A DNA stretch of 35,690 nt from a virus (taxonomy: Duplodnaviria; Caudoviricetes). A model generated the notes under the pieces. It made no database searches. It was given only the letters and a program-made list of their open reading frames with translations, and was not told the DNA's origin. Within the stretch, counting starts at the first letter, position 1; each line of letters begins with the position of its first letter. Made by a program: the position numbers and the translations under genes. Shown here piece after piece: positions 1 through 8,319 of this stretch. Where the stretch lies: positions 1 to 35,690 of the IMG/VR virus record IMGVR_UViG_3300017650_000231, one strand, 5' to 3'.

Positions 1-1689
1 TTACAGGTATCCGAGTATCCCCCACCACCAGATGTTGAGGGATGGATAGTCCACAGCAGTGATCGTGCGGGGGTCAATATTGCTCTCGCTACTCCATCGA
101 AGAGAAAAATTCGTTCTAACCGGCGGTTGCTCCGGTTGGACGCGGCTGGTGGCCTGCACGATGAACTCGCAAGCGAGCGTGGGAGCTGATGTAACCTTGT
201 TTCCGTCCTTGTCTAACACAAAGACAGTAATGCTTGACTGGCCAACAGCCTTCACGACGGGCCGAAAGGTCGTATTGAACGGTGATACCGAGACCTGATA
301 CCCGAAGAGGTTGCCACCTACCGCATTGATGACCAGTTCGCCGTTTGAGCTGTTATAGCTAGCAATCGAAAGGTTCTGAGCATCGCCAGTGAAGCCATAT
401 CCGGGTTCCCCTTTCCACGCGATCCTCCCAGCGTGTACCAACCCTCGCAGTCTGTGAAATTCAACACGCGTGGTCACACTGTCAATAGCCGTTGCCTGAG
501 CATGCCATTGCCCCGGGGAGTCTCCCGCCTGCGGGTTGATGTTGATGGCGGCCGTTGGGCAGTAGTCATGTGACACATAGAGGCTTCTGCCCAATGCATC
601 CCAGTACAACTCCTTTATTCCTTTGCCGGATGCAACTCGCCAGACGCCATCTTCACTTCGAGTCAACACCGCGCGCAGGTCTCGAAACATGGAGATGTCG
701 CTGTAGACCTCCCCGACGGACGGCCCGATACGCAGATTGAGCTGCGCTCCAGTTTCGTCTACCAACGATGCCCCACCGATGGTCACGGTTGAGAGGAAAT
801 CGTGATGGATGCGGATGCGCTCTCCGTTTGTAGAAACATCGAAGCCTGCGCCGAGTGCGTTCCGAATGCCTAGGGACGCGTGCTTTGACTCCCGTATCAC
901 TCGCCAATACTGATACTCGTTGCTGCGATCCCCGTTGTTTCTGATCGCACACATCATTGGCGCCCAGCCGGGCTGACCGGGGAGTCCTACATCCTGCGGC
1001 CCGACGATTTCGCCGAGCTTGTCGGCGAGCCGCCGCGAGAGCCCCCCGGCCCTCCGATGGCCAATATTCGTCGTCCCCCCGTCCTGGGACAGCACCAGCG
1101 CCAGCCCTGTGGCGCTGTCAGCAGCGGGCACAAATACGGAAGGGCTTGCCGATGGCGTATCGGTAAACGCCAAGAGCTTCCCGCGTCGCAACGCGGCATT
1201 GGGCAGATCAACGATGGTTGGCTCGGGGACCCGGAGGCTACTGGCCAACAATGCGCTAGCTTGGTCGAAACTGGCCATGGCACGACTGGCCGACTCTCCT
1301 GCTGCGTTGGAGAACACCCGAGCTGCAGCCACTTCTGCCTGTGCCTCGTATAGAGCTGGATACGGGGGAGGATTGACCTGAACAGTCAGCTCTGTTTCAG
1401 CAGCGATGGGATCATCGACAATGGTTACTTCGACGCGCTGCATGAGCCAACCGGACGCGTGGGCTATCAGCGTATAGAACGTTCCGTCACCTGTCCGGGT
1501 GTTGGGCCAGATATGCCCCGTGTAGTCCCCAGGGACGGCAGGGTCCTCGGCCAGATCCCACTGCAGCGGAACAACGTCGACGCCGTCGACCTGATAGGCG
1601 GACAGCGTTGCTTGAACTTGGGCGCCAGCCAATGGGGTTCCGGTGTGAGACCGCAGATGCAACCGGATGGGACGAACAAGCAATGTCAT
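1..1689 (-). CDS. Putative second tail fibre/tailspike (receptor-binding protein)
   Basis: Last gene of the tail operon, overlapping the upstream gene by 4 nt; beta-rich N-terminal attachment-like region; LRVPE..LP.AA.R.GKLLAF and RRLADKLGEIV segments typical of fibre/spike N-termini; lower-GC C-terminal part. Confidence 0.6.
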   Translation of the reverse strand: MTLLVRPIRLHLRSHTGTPLAGAQVQATLSAYQVDGVDVVPLQWDLAEDPAVPGDYTGHIWPNTRTGDGTFYTLIAHASGWLMQRVEVTIVDDPIAAETELTVQVNPPPYPALYEAQAEVAAARVFSNAAGESASRAMASFDQASALLASSLRVPEPTIVDLPNAALRRGKLLAFTDTPSASPSVFVPAADSATGLALVLSQDGGTTNIGHRRAGGLSRRLADKLGEIVGPQDVGLPGQPGWAPMMCAIRNNGDRSNEYQYWRVIRESKHASLGIRNALGAGFDVSTNGERIRIHHDFLSTVTIGGASLVDETGAQLNLRIGPSVGEVYSDISMFRDLRAVLTRSEDGVWRVASGKGIKELYWDALGRSLYVSHDYCPTAAININPQAGDSPGQWHAQATAIDSVTTRVEFHRLRGLVHAGRIAWKGEPGYGFTGDAQNLSIASYNSSNGELVINAVGGNLFGYQVSVSPFNTTFRPVVKAVGQSSITVFVLDKDGNKVTSAPTLACEFIVQATSRVQPEQPPVRTNFSLRWSSESNIDPRTITAVDYPSLNIWWWGILGYL

Positions 1690-2201
1690 ACGGTGAACTC
1701 CGGCAATTCGGCGATCAGGTCTTGAACAGAGGGAACCGGACGGGTACCCGATAGCACTTCAGCCAGCAGTTCGTAACATCGCGCCCAAACCTCGGATCTC
1801 CACGCTCGTAGCGCTTGTCCCTCGACTTGAAACTTCGGTACGGCCGCCTCGTCGGCATAGGTCACTGCGGTGAAAATACTGTCGTAGCCCAGCCCCCGGG
1901 CCACGTTATCGAGATGGGCCTGTACGCTCGCAGTGAGCGCTGCCTGTTGCTCTTCGGGGGTATCCCCAGGCAGAACGGGCTGCTCTTCCTGGTCGAGCGC
2001 CACGACCGTCCAAACTTCGTTTATTTGGTCGAACACCTGGACATGGCCAGCGGGAACCTCCTCGCTGGCCAGCGGTTCGATGAACGTCGACCAGGCCGGC
2101 AACAGGTACGTCCCGGGGCGTCGTTCCGACTCATCGGCAACGCTGGCACCCAGCAAAACCTTCGTTTTCCGGTCGTAGTGATAGGCAAGTGCGGCGGTCA
2201 T
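1686..2201 (-). CDS. Tail fibre assembly/chaperone-like protein
   Basis: Tfa-like N-terminus (AYHYD...G...AD...PG.YLLPAWST..EP); C-terminal QAHLD..A...GYDSI.TA.TYA motif; follows the fibre gene. Confidence 0.75.
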   Translation of the reverse strand: MTAALAYHYDRKTKVLLGASVADESERRPGTYLLPAWSTFIEPLASEEVPAGHVQVFDQINEVWTVVALDQEEQPVLPGDTPEEQQAALTASVQAHLDNVARGLGYDSIFTAVTYADEAAVPKFQVEGQALRAWRSEVWARCYELLAEVLSGTRPVPSVQDLIAELPEFTV

Positions 2202-2208
2202 GACGGCC

Positions 2209-3030
2209 TCAAGTTTTGATCAGGAAAGGGACGGCAATGTTGATCATCCGAGTCTCGCTCCCGCCTACCGAGCCCGTCGTGAACGGATGGACATGCCCAC
2301 CCGCCGGATTGGAGCGGAGCAAGAGCGGCAGGCTGCCGTCGCTAGAAAAGTCGTTACCGTCGTTGGTGGCCAGGCCGTCCTGCCCGGTGACTGGGGTGTC
2401 GTGGACATGATCGGGTTCATAGTCGGTAACGCCCGTATGGAAGTGGGCAGCAAACTGGCTTGCCTGACGCCGTCCCCGTTCGCGCCCCGGATCGATGCCT
2501 GCTCCGTCGTCCAACGCGCGCAGCACGACCGCGCGAAAGTCCGGCCCGCGGAACGTCGTGACGCCGTCGCCCACGCTGTAGCGCCCGAACAGTCCCGCCG
2601 CCCAATCGGCTTCGCTCACGAGGCCATCGGCTTGGGCATACGCGAACAACTCGGGATAGTCCTCACGCAGAAGAATCGGACCATTTCCCTTGACGGTGCC
2701 AGGGCGCGGCACTCCACCCGAGTTGAAGATGATGTCGCCAGGGCGCAAGGTGGCCGCGCTCAGGGCCGGCAACTGGTCCAGAATGCTCTGCGCTGCGCGA
2801 TTGATCAGCACCTTAATGGCGTTGCGGAACACCTGGTACGACGTGGGCGTATCCGGATCGAACTGGACGCCGGCCAGTTCAGCCGCACGGACCACTTCCA
2901 TCATGCTCCAGATAACGGAGTTCATGTCCTTCTCGGATACCGCCGTGGGCACGGCCTGATTCTCACGGTGCAACCGCTGCCCGGTCTCCGCATGCGTGGC
3001 GTAGCCAGGGCTTAGGGTGTAGTCCATCAA
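2209..3030 (-). CDS. Short tail fibre protein with tail-collar domain
   Basis: Collar motif PGDII....G..L.REDYPELFA...GDGVTTFRGPDFRA; C-terminal HxH motifs and ETRMINIA; follows gp48. Confidence 0.85.
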   Translation of the reverse strand: MMDYTLSPGYATHAETGQRLHRENQAVPTAVSEKDMNSVIWSMMEVVRAAELAGVQFDPDTPTSYQVFRNAIKVLINRAAQSILDQLPALSAATLRPGDIIFNSGGVPRPGTVKGNGPILLREDYPELFAYAQADGLVSEADWAAGLFGRYSVGDGVTTFRGPDFRAVVLRALDDGAGIDPGRERGRRQASQFAAHFHTGVTDYEPDHVHDTPVTGQDGLATNDGNDFSSDGSLPLLLRSNPAGGHVHPFTTGSVGGSETRMINIAVPFLIKT

Positions 3031-3037
3031 ACCCCCT

Positions 3038-3631
3038 TTATATCAAGATGAAATTGAGGTGAAACCGCGCTGGAACGGTCCTGGCCAGGACGCAGCGCAG
3101 CTCATGGGCGACCAGGTCACCCAGCAGCAACCGCTGGCCAACGTGGCACTGGCCGACGCGGAAGCGCCCAGCCGGCAACTGGATCGTGATGTACAGCTCG
3201 CCGCCGAGGCGGCCGAGCGCGCGGCCGACCTGGTGCCGGCCACAGCGGAATGGCGTGTTGTAGGCGATCGTGGCCACGTAGCCCAGGCGCAGACACAGCG
3301 CCTCCAGGACGGCCGGCGCGGCAGGGCTGGAGTCGGCCAGTGGCAGCACGGTGCCCCTAAGACGGCTCAGCAAGGCCCTTTTCCGGTCCTCTACGGCCTG
3401 ATCGTCCCCGAAACAAGGGTCAGGCAGCCCCGTGGCTTCTTCCCACTCTGCGAGGCGATTTACGGTGGTGATCGGCTGCCAGTCGGCGACCGCCGCTTCG
3501 GACGCGGTATTCAGCGCGTCGAGCTGCCTGGCGTAGGCGCGGATGGTCTGCATGAGCGTGGACAGCGCATGCCGTGGCCAAGCCAGGCCGGGCGGCAGCA
3601 GATGCGCGAGGGCCTGATAGAACCGATCCAT
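3038..3631 (-). CDS. Baseplate protein, Mu gp48-like (DUF2313)
   Basis: LLPPGLAW and L.EWE...GLPD.C motifs; position after gp47. Confidence 0.88.
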   Translation of the reverse strand: MDRFYQALAHLLPPGLAWPRHALSTLMQTIRAYARQLDALNTASEAAVADWQPITTVNRLAEWEEATGLPDPCFGDDQAVEDRKRALLSRLRGTVLPLADSSPAAPAVLEALCLRLGYVATIAYNTPFRCGRHQVGRALGRLGGELYITIQLPAGRFRVGQCHVGQRLLLGDLVAHELRCVLARTVPARFHLNFILI

Positions 3632-4755
3632 CAGACAAACCCCACCGAATTGAGCACCAGCAACTGGTCGTAGCGGTCGACCGTGAGCATGCCGCCGCTG
3701 GTGATCGCGGGCTCGGTGATCTGGTGGTTGTACTCGCCCGATACGCCGCTGATCGCCTCGACCAGGTGGCCGTGGGGGATGCTGCCGCCAGGCGCGGCCT
3801 CCCGGAAGAAGAGATCCTGCAATTCCAGCGTGACTTCGGACCGGATCGCGGCCGTATCCGGGGCCAGCTTGATGACCAGGTCGATCAGGACGGGATCCGG
3901 AACAATGACGTGCAGTTCGTCAGGCGGGCCGCGCTCGGGATCTTCGATGTAGGCCCGGACCAGCTCGCGCTGGCCAACGGTAGGCAGGCCCGGCGAGACG
4001 TTGCCGTCGGCCATGATGATGACGCCGGCCGAGGTCGGCCCAGCCGGATTGCGCACGCCCCAGGCCCGGGTGATGCCGGGAAGCTGCAGCGCCCACCGGG
4101 CGTAGTCGGCCGGCGCTCCGCCCATGGGCTCGCTGCTCAGACGCTGCTGCAGGCGGTAGATGGCCTCGGTATCGGTCTCGCGGTCGGTACCGTCCACCCC
4201 GGAGTCGGGAACGACGGTAAATCCGCTGTCGATACCGGCCACCGCCGCCACTAGGCTCACGCTGGCGCCTGCGGCCAGGTTCGCAGCGGTCCCGGCCAGC
4301 AATGCGACCACATCGACGACGATGATGCCGTCGACCACCGTGCCGCCAGTGGTAACGCTGAACTGCTGGCCGTTCTCGGCCTGCAGCAGCGTGCCGACAT
4401 CGAGCTGGGTGCCGTCGACGCCCGTGCCGCTCAGCCGCCGCGTGGCGGTCGTGGCCTCTTTGCGCGGCATGCCGTAGGTTTCCAGCCAGCCGTCCAGGAA
4501 CTCGTCGACGGCCTTGATGGGAATGGCTTGGCGGGCGATGAAATCGCGCAGGTAGCGGTATGCCCCGTGCAGGCCCACGGCCTGGACGAACGAGAGCGCC
4601 TTGATGTTGCTCCTGGCCAGCGCCAGGTCGGTGGCACTCAGGGACGCGGTGCTGTTGGCGTGGGCTTGGGCCAGGGAATCCTGCAGCAGCGCAGCCGCGC
4701 TCTGGACCAGGGCGGAAATGCTGGGGATGGGGACATTCAGGGGCGTGGTGCTCAT
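3631..4755 (-). CDS. Baseplate J-like wedge protein (Mu gp47)
   Basis: G.D.ETD...RL, GGAPADYARWAL..PGITRAW motifs; start reassigned to ATG 4755, which overlaps the gp46 stop. Confidence 0.92.
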   Translation of the reverse strand: MSTTPLNVPIPSISALVQSAAALLQDSLAQAHANSTASLSATDLALARSNIKALSFVQAVGLHGAYRYLRDFIARQAIPIKAVDEFLDGWLETYGMPRKEATTATRRLSGTGVDGTQLDVGTLLQAENGQQFSVTTGGTVVDGIIVVDVVALLAGTAANLAAGASVSLVAAVAGIDSGFTVVPDSGVDGTDRETDTEAIYRLQQRLSSEPMGGAPADYARWALQLPGITRAWGVRNPAGPTSAGVIIMADGNVSPGLPTVGQRELVRAYIEDPERGPPDELHVIVPDPVLIDLVIKLAPDTAAIRSEVTLELQDLFFREAAPGGSIPHGHLVEAISGVSGEYNHQITEPAITSGGMLTVDRYDQLLVLNSVGFV

Positions 4756-5336
4756 GCGAACACCTTGCGGATGCTGGTGGCCCACAACACGTCATAGACG
4801 GGCTTGAGGTTCTTGGCCTCGTAGATCCTAGGCCGCAGCGCCAGGCGGTCGCTGGTCGGCCCGGCCCACTCGGCGAGCACGTCGACGCGTTCAGCGATGC
4901 CGTCGCGCACCAGCCATTGCAGCGCTTCCCAGGCGGCGAACCGGGCGCGCTCCAGGATATCCGTCACGGACTTCGTGATGTAACACAGCCACAGCTCGGA
5001 CCCCCAGCGATCATTCAGTGCCAGGTCAGCGTCGGTGGACGGCGGCGCCATGTATTCATCGCCGCACCAGCCGCGCCGGTCGGTCTGATTGACGGGCAGA
5101 ACGGTGTCATCGTTCGCGCGCCGGTCGCTGAACAGGGAGATGATGACGGCCGAATGCAGCGTGTCGTCGAGCTGCAGGACCCGGACGATCTCGACATCAA
5201 CGTCGCCGGCATCGAGAAAATACGGGGTGTCGTCGCCCACCCAATCCCCGTCCGCCGCGACCGGCAGAATGCGCCAGTCGAACGGCAGGTACAGGGGATT
5301 GTCGGTCGTGGTGGGTGCGGTGCGGATGTCGATCAT
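4752..5336 (-). CDS. Baseplate protein, Mu gp46-like
   Basis: AVIISLFSDRRA, RRGWCGD, GSELWL, EALQWL..DG.A motifs. Confidence 0.9.
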   Translation of the reverse strand: MIDIRTAPTTTDNPLYLPFDWRILPVAADGDWVGDDTPYFLDAGDVDVEIVRVLQLDDTLHSAVIISLFSDRRANDDTVLPVNQTDRRGWCGDEYMAPPSTDADLALNDRWGSELWLCYITKSVTDILERARFAAWEALQWLVRDGIAERVDVLAEWAGPTSDRLALRPRIYEAKNLKPVYDVLWATSIRKVFA

Positions 5337-5371
5337 GTCGGCCCGCCAGAAACTGGCTTGGAATGGGCCTC

Positions 5372-5415
5372 ATGATCGGTTTAGATGGGGGTTTGCGGCT
5401 TGATGAAACGTTTCA
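5372..5415 (-). promoter_or_regulatory. Putative Mor/C-activated late promoter for gp46 to tail fibres
   Basis: TGAAACGTTTCATCA at 5401-5415 (minus strand), identical to the motif at 27079 and 27699; -10-like GATCAT 23 nt downstream; lies in an intergenic gap. Confidence 0.65.
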
Positions 5416-5898
5416 CTAGGTGCCGGTGGCCACAGGTCCGCCCGAGATATCGGGACCCGACTCGACGCCGCCATGGCGGTGGGCTTTGCCGCTGATGCCG
5501 GCGAATGTGACATCGACGGCGCCGTTTACCGTGCCTGTGCAGTCGATATCACCCTCGACGCGCATGTTGGCCTTGACCGTGACCTGGTCGGCCACGACTT
5601 CGACCTGGCGGCCGGCCTTCAGTATGACGTGGTGGCCGTCTTTATGCCATACCGCCACTTCGTAGGCGTCGAGCTGGGGGCGCTCGCCGGCACGGTCCAT
5701 CCGCAGCACCACGGTATGGCCGCCGGCCTCGATGACCAGGCCCTGGCCGTCCCCAGGATTGCCGGCGAACCCATAGTCCTGCCAGCGCTCGACACCGTCG
5801 CGGGTCTGATCGTCGAACACCTCGACGCGGACCTTCTGGACCCCGCCGTCCTTTAGGCCGCGCATCAGGGCGCGGCGCAGCAAGCCCATCATGCTCAT
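5416..5898 (-). CDS. Baseplate spike protein, Mu gp45/gpV-like
   Basis: VERWQDYGFAG.P motif and C-terminal HxH (AHRHGGV) iron-binding tip. Confidence 0.9.
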   Translation of the reverse strand: MSMMGLLRRALMRGLKDGGVQKVRVEVFDDQTRDGVERWQDYGFAGNPGDGQGLVIEAGGHTVVLRMDRAGERPQLDAYEVAVWHKDGHHVILKAGRQVEVVADQVTVKANMRVEGDIDCTGTVNGAVDVTFAGISGKAHRHGGVESGPDISGGPVATGT

Positions 5899-6995
5899 TC
5901 CTTGTAGTCCAGGATCATCAGCGGCCCCTTGCCCTTGCGAGGCTTGCGGCGCAGCTTGGTGTTGAGCGGCACGGTGTCATAGGCTTCTATCGGCCTCACC
6001 AGCAGCTCGGTCACGTCGCCCTCGCGCAGGTCGACGGTATGCCGAACCTCGGCGATCAGCCATTCCACGCCGTCCAGGCCGGCGATGTCGTCGTACACCG
6101 GCACGCGGGTATTGATCTCCCAGGGCACGCCCTTGAAGGTCCAGCCCTCCAGGACGTATTTCAGGCCATACGCCTGGCCGCGCCGCACGCGCATTGTGTG
6201 GTCGACTAGGCGCTGCATGTCAGACGGCTCGTTATTGCCGTCGGCGTTGATCACCAGCGGCAGGTAGCGCTTGATATCGGGATCCTTGGCGGTTGCCTTC
6301 TGCTGGCGTGCCTGCTCGAAATTCGCCACGCCGCCATACAGATCGCCCTGGCCGTACACGTTGTACTCGGAGAACCGCTCCGCATCGGTGCCCACCGCCT
6401 GCATGCTGATGACGTTCTGTCCGCGCACGATGGCCCCGGCCGCTTTGTTCTTGCCCGCCTTGGTCAGCAGCAACTGGCCGGCGGCCGAGGTCGTGGCCAG
6501 CACGCCCCGCAGCCGCGTCGCCCTGGCCAGCGCCGCGACGACGGTTTCCCCGTGCTGCAGCTTGAAATCGTTGATCGTCGCGCCCAGATCCGTGTCGACG
6601 ACCACGTCGATTCCGAATGGCTGGCACAGGTCGCGGGCGATTCGGTCCAGCTTGACGTTCTGCCACTGGCCGCCCTTGTGAATTGCCGAGCACTGGACCA
6701 GGTCGCCGGTCCGGCTGCGCCCTTCGATCCGGAAGCCGCAGTCGTCGCGGCGGTAGAACGGCTCGGCCGCCAGAACGTAGCCCGTGGCCACCACGGTCTG
6801 GTTGATGCGGACCTTGATTTCGTCCTGGCGGGCGATGTTCGGCGGAAAACCCGGCACTAGCGACACCGGGATCGAAAACCGGCTGCTGATCGTCTCGATG
6901 GACCGTTCCACGCTCGACTCCAGCCAGCCTTCGTAATCCCGGCCGGCGACGGTCACGTAGACCCGGTCCTGCTCTTTGGTGTAGGTCGTGGGCAT
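5895..6995 (-). CDS. Baseplate hub protein, Mu gp44 (gpP)-like
   Basis: Y.GW...VERSIE, GRS.TGDLV.CS, GETV...L.R, RFSEY.V.GQ motifs. Confidence 0.9.
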   Translation of the reverse strand: MPTTYTKEQDRVYVTVAGRDYEGWLESSVERSIETISSRFSIPVSLVPGFPPNIARQDEIKVRINQTVVATGYVLAAEPFYRRDDCGFRIEGRSRTGDLVQCSAIHKGGQWQNVKLDRIARDLCQPFGIDVVVDTDLGATINDFKLQHGETVVAALARATRLRGVLATTSAAGQLLLTKAGKNKAAGAIVRGQNVISMQAVGTDAERFSEYNVYGQGDLYGGVANFEQARQQKATAKDPDIKRYLPLVINADGNNEPSDMQRLVDHTMRVRRGQAYGLKYVLEGWTFKGVPWEINTRVPVYDDIAGLDGVEWLIAEVRHTVDLREGDVTELLVRPIEAYDTVPLNTKLRRKPRKGKGPLMILDYKE

Positions 6996-6996
6996 A

Positions 6997-8319
6997 TCAG
7001 TCGTGCTTGATGATGCGCAGTGGCGTACCCGGCGGGACCAGCAGCGGATTGCGGATATGCGGGTTCATGGACAGGATCTCGTCGGCCCAGCCCACGGTCC
7101 CGAAGAGGCGATAGCTGATGAAAATGGCCGGCTGCCAGCTCTCGGGGGTATACGTGGTCAGCCTGGCCAGGTCGCGGGAGCGGGCCTGCAGGTCGGCCAG
7201 CAGGGAGGCGTGCAACTGCATCAGGGCCTGGTGCGCCGGCAGGCCGTCCGTGGTCGCCACCGCATTGCCCTGGGCGGCCGTGGATCGCATCAACCGGGTC
7301 AGCAACCGAGACATATCCAGCCGCAGGGCCAGCGCCTGGTCGTAGTTGTCCAGCTCGATCTGGGCGATGGCTCGCACCGCCATGCAGGCGGTCAGGATCT
7401 CGATCAGCAGCAACAGGGCTTCGCTCGCCCGCTGCTCGCGCTGCCGACTGGGCGCGTTGTACGGGCTCTGGGTGGGGGCGAACGCCGCTTCGAGCTGGTC
7501 ACGGCTGCTCGACGGCGTGAACTGCCCGCTGGTGTTGGCGCTGGTGTACGCCTCTTCGACAATGCCGGTTGGCTTGATCCCGAAGTTGCGCGCGGCGGAG
7601 AACACATCCCAGGCCGCGCCCGTCTCCAGATCCGTGGGGATCCTCAGGAGATCGCGGACGCGCTGGGCGAAGAGCCCGGGGAACATCGCCAGCTCGGACA
7701 GCGGCATGGTGTAGTACGTCCGGACCAGATCGTTGTAGTAGTCGAACGCCTGGTTCACCACGGACAGCCCGTTCCACAGGACATCCAGGCCGGCGCGCAT
7801 ACGGCCGAGGATGTTTTCCCGTGCCCAGCCAGCCAGGCCACCGAACCCGGCGTTCGCCTCGTACTGCTCGATAGCGGCGTCCTCGGCCTGGCCAGCGGCG
7901 TCCACCAACTGCTCGCGGGTGTTGACCACGCCCACCGGGTAGCGGCGGGTCTCGGCGCGCACGAACGTGATGTCCAGGCGTGCCATGCCACCCTCGGCCG
8001 CCGGCGCCTCGCGCACCGTGTACCGGCCATGGACCCAGCAACGGATGGACCCGCCCGTCGGGTGGACCAGGACACCTTCGCCTTTCAGCACCTCGCGCAG
8101 CCGCGCGAGCTGGTCCAAGTAGTCGTCGCCGATGACGTAGGCCGAGAGCTTGATTTCCTCGGCCGCGGTGCCCATGGAAAACACCGTGGGCAGATCTTGA
8201 AACGGGTATTCGCGCAGTACCGTGTTCTCGCCGGCCGACAGATCGACGGTGTCGACCTGGAACGGCACGTCGCGGAACGACGCCATGCGCAATTGCTCCA
8301 GCCAGGCGGGCGTGGCCAT
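6997..8319 (-). CDS. DNA circularization protein, Mu gpN-like
   Basis: ASFRDVPF, EYPFQD, G.GVLVHP..G, NP.IRNPL.VP.G motifs; follows the tape measure gene. Confidence 0.92.
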   Translation of the reverse strand: MATPAWLEQLRMASFRDVPFQVDTVDLSAGENTVLREYPFQDLPTVFSMGTAAEEIKLSAYVIGDDYLDQLARLREVLKGEGVLVHPTGGSIRCWVHGRYTVREAPAAEGGMARLDITFVRAETRRYPVGVVNTREQLVDAAGQAEDAAIEQYEANAGFGGLAGWARENILGRMRAGLDVLWNGLSVVNQAFDYYNDLVRTYYTMPLSELAMFPGLFAQRVRDLLRIPTDLETGAAWDVFSAARNFGIKPTGIVEEAYTSANTSGQFTPSSSRDQLEAAFAPTQSPYNAPSRQREQRASEALLLLIEILTACMAVRAIAQIELDNYDQALALRLDMSRLLTRLMRSTAAQGNAVATTDGLPAHQALMQLHASLLADLQARSRDLARLTTYTPESWQPAIFISYRLFGTVGWADEILSMNPHIRNPLLVPPGTPLRIIKHD

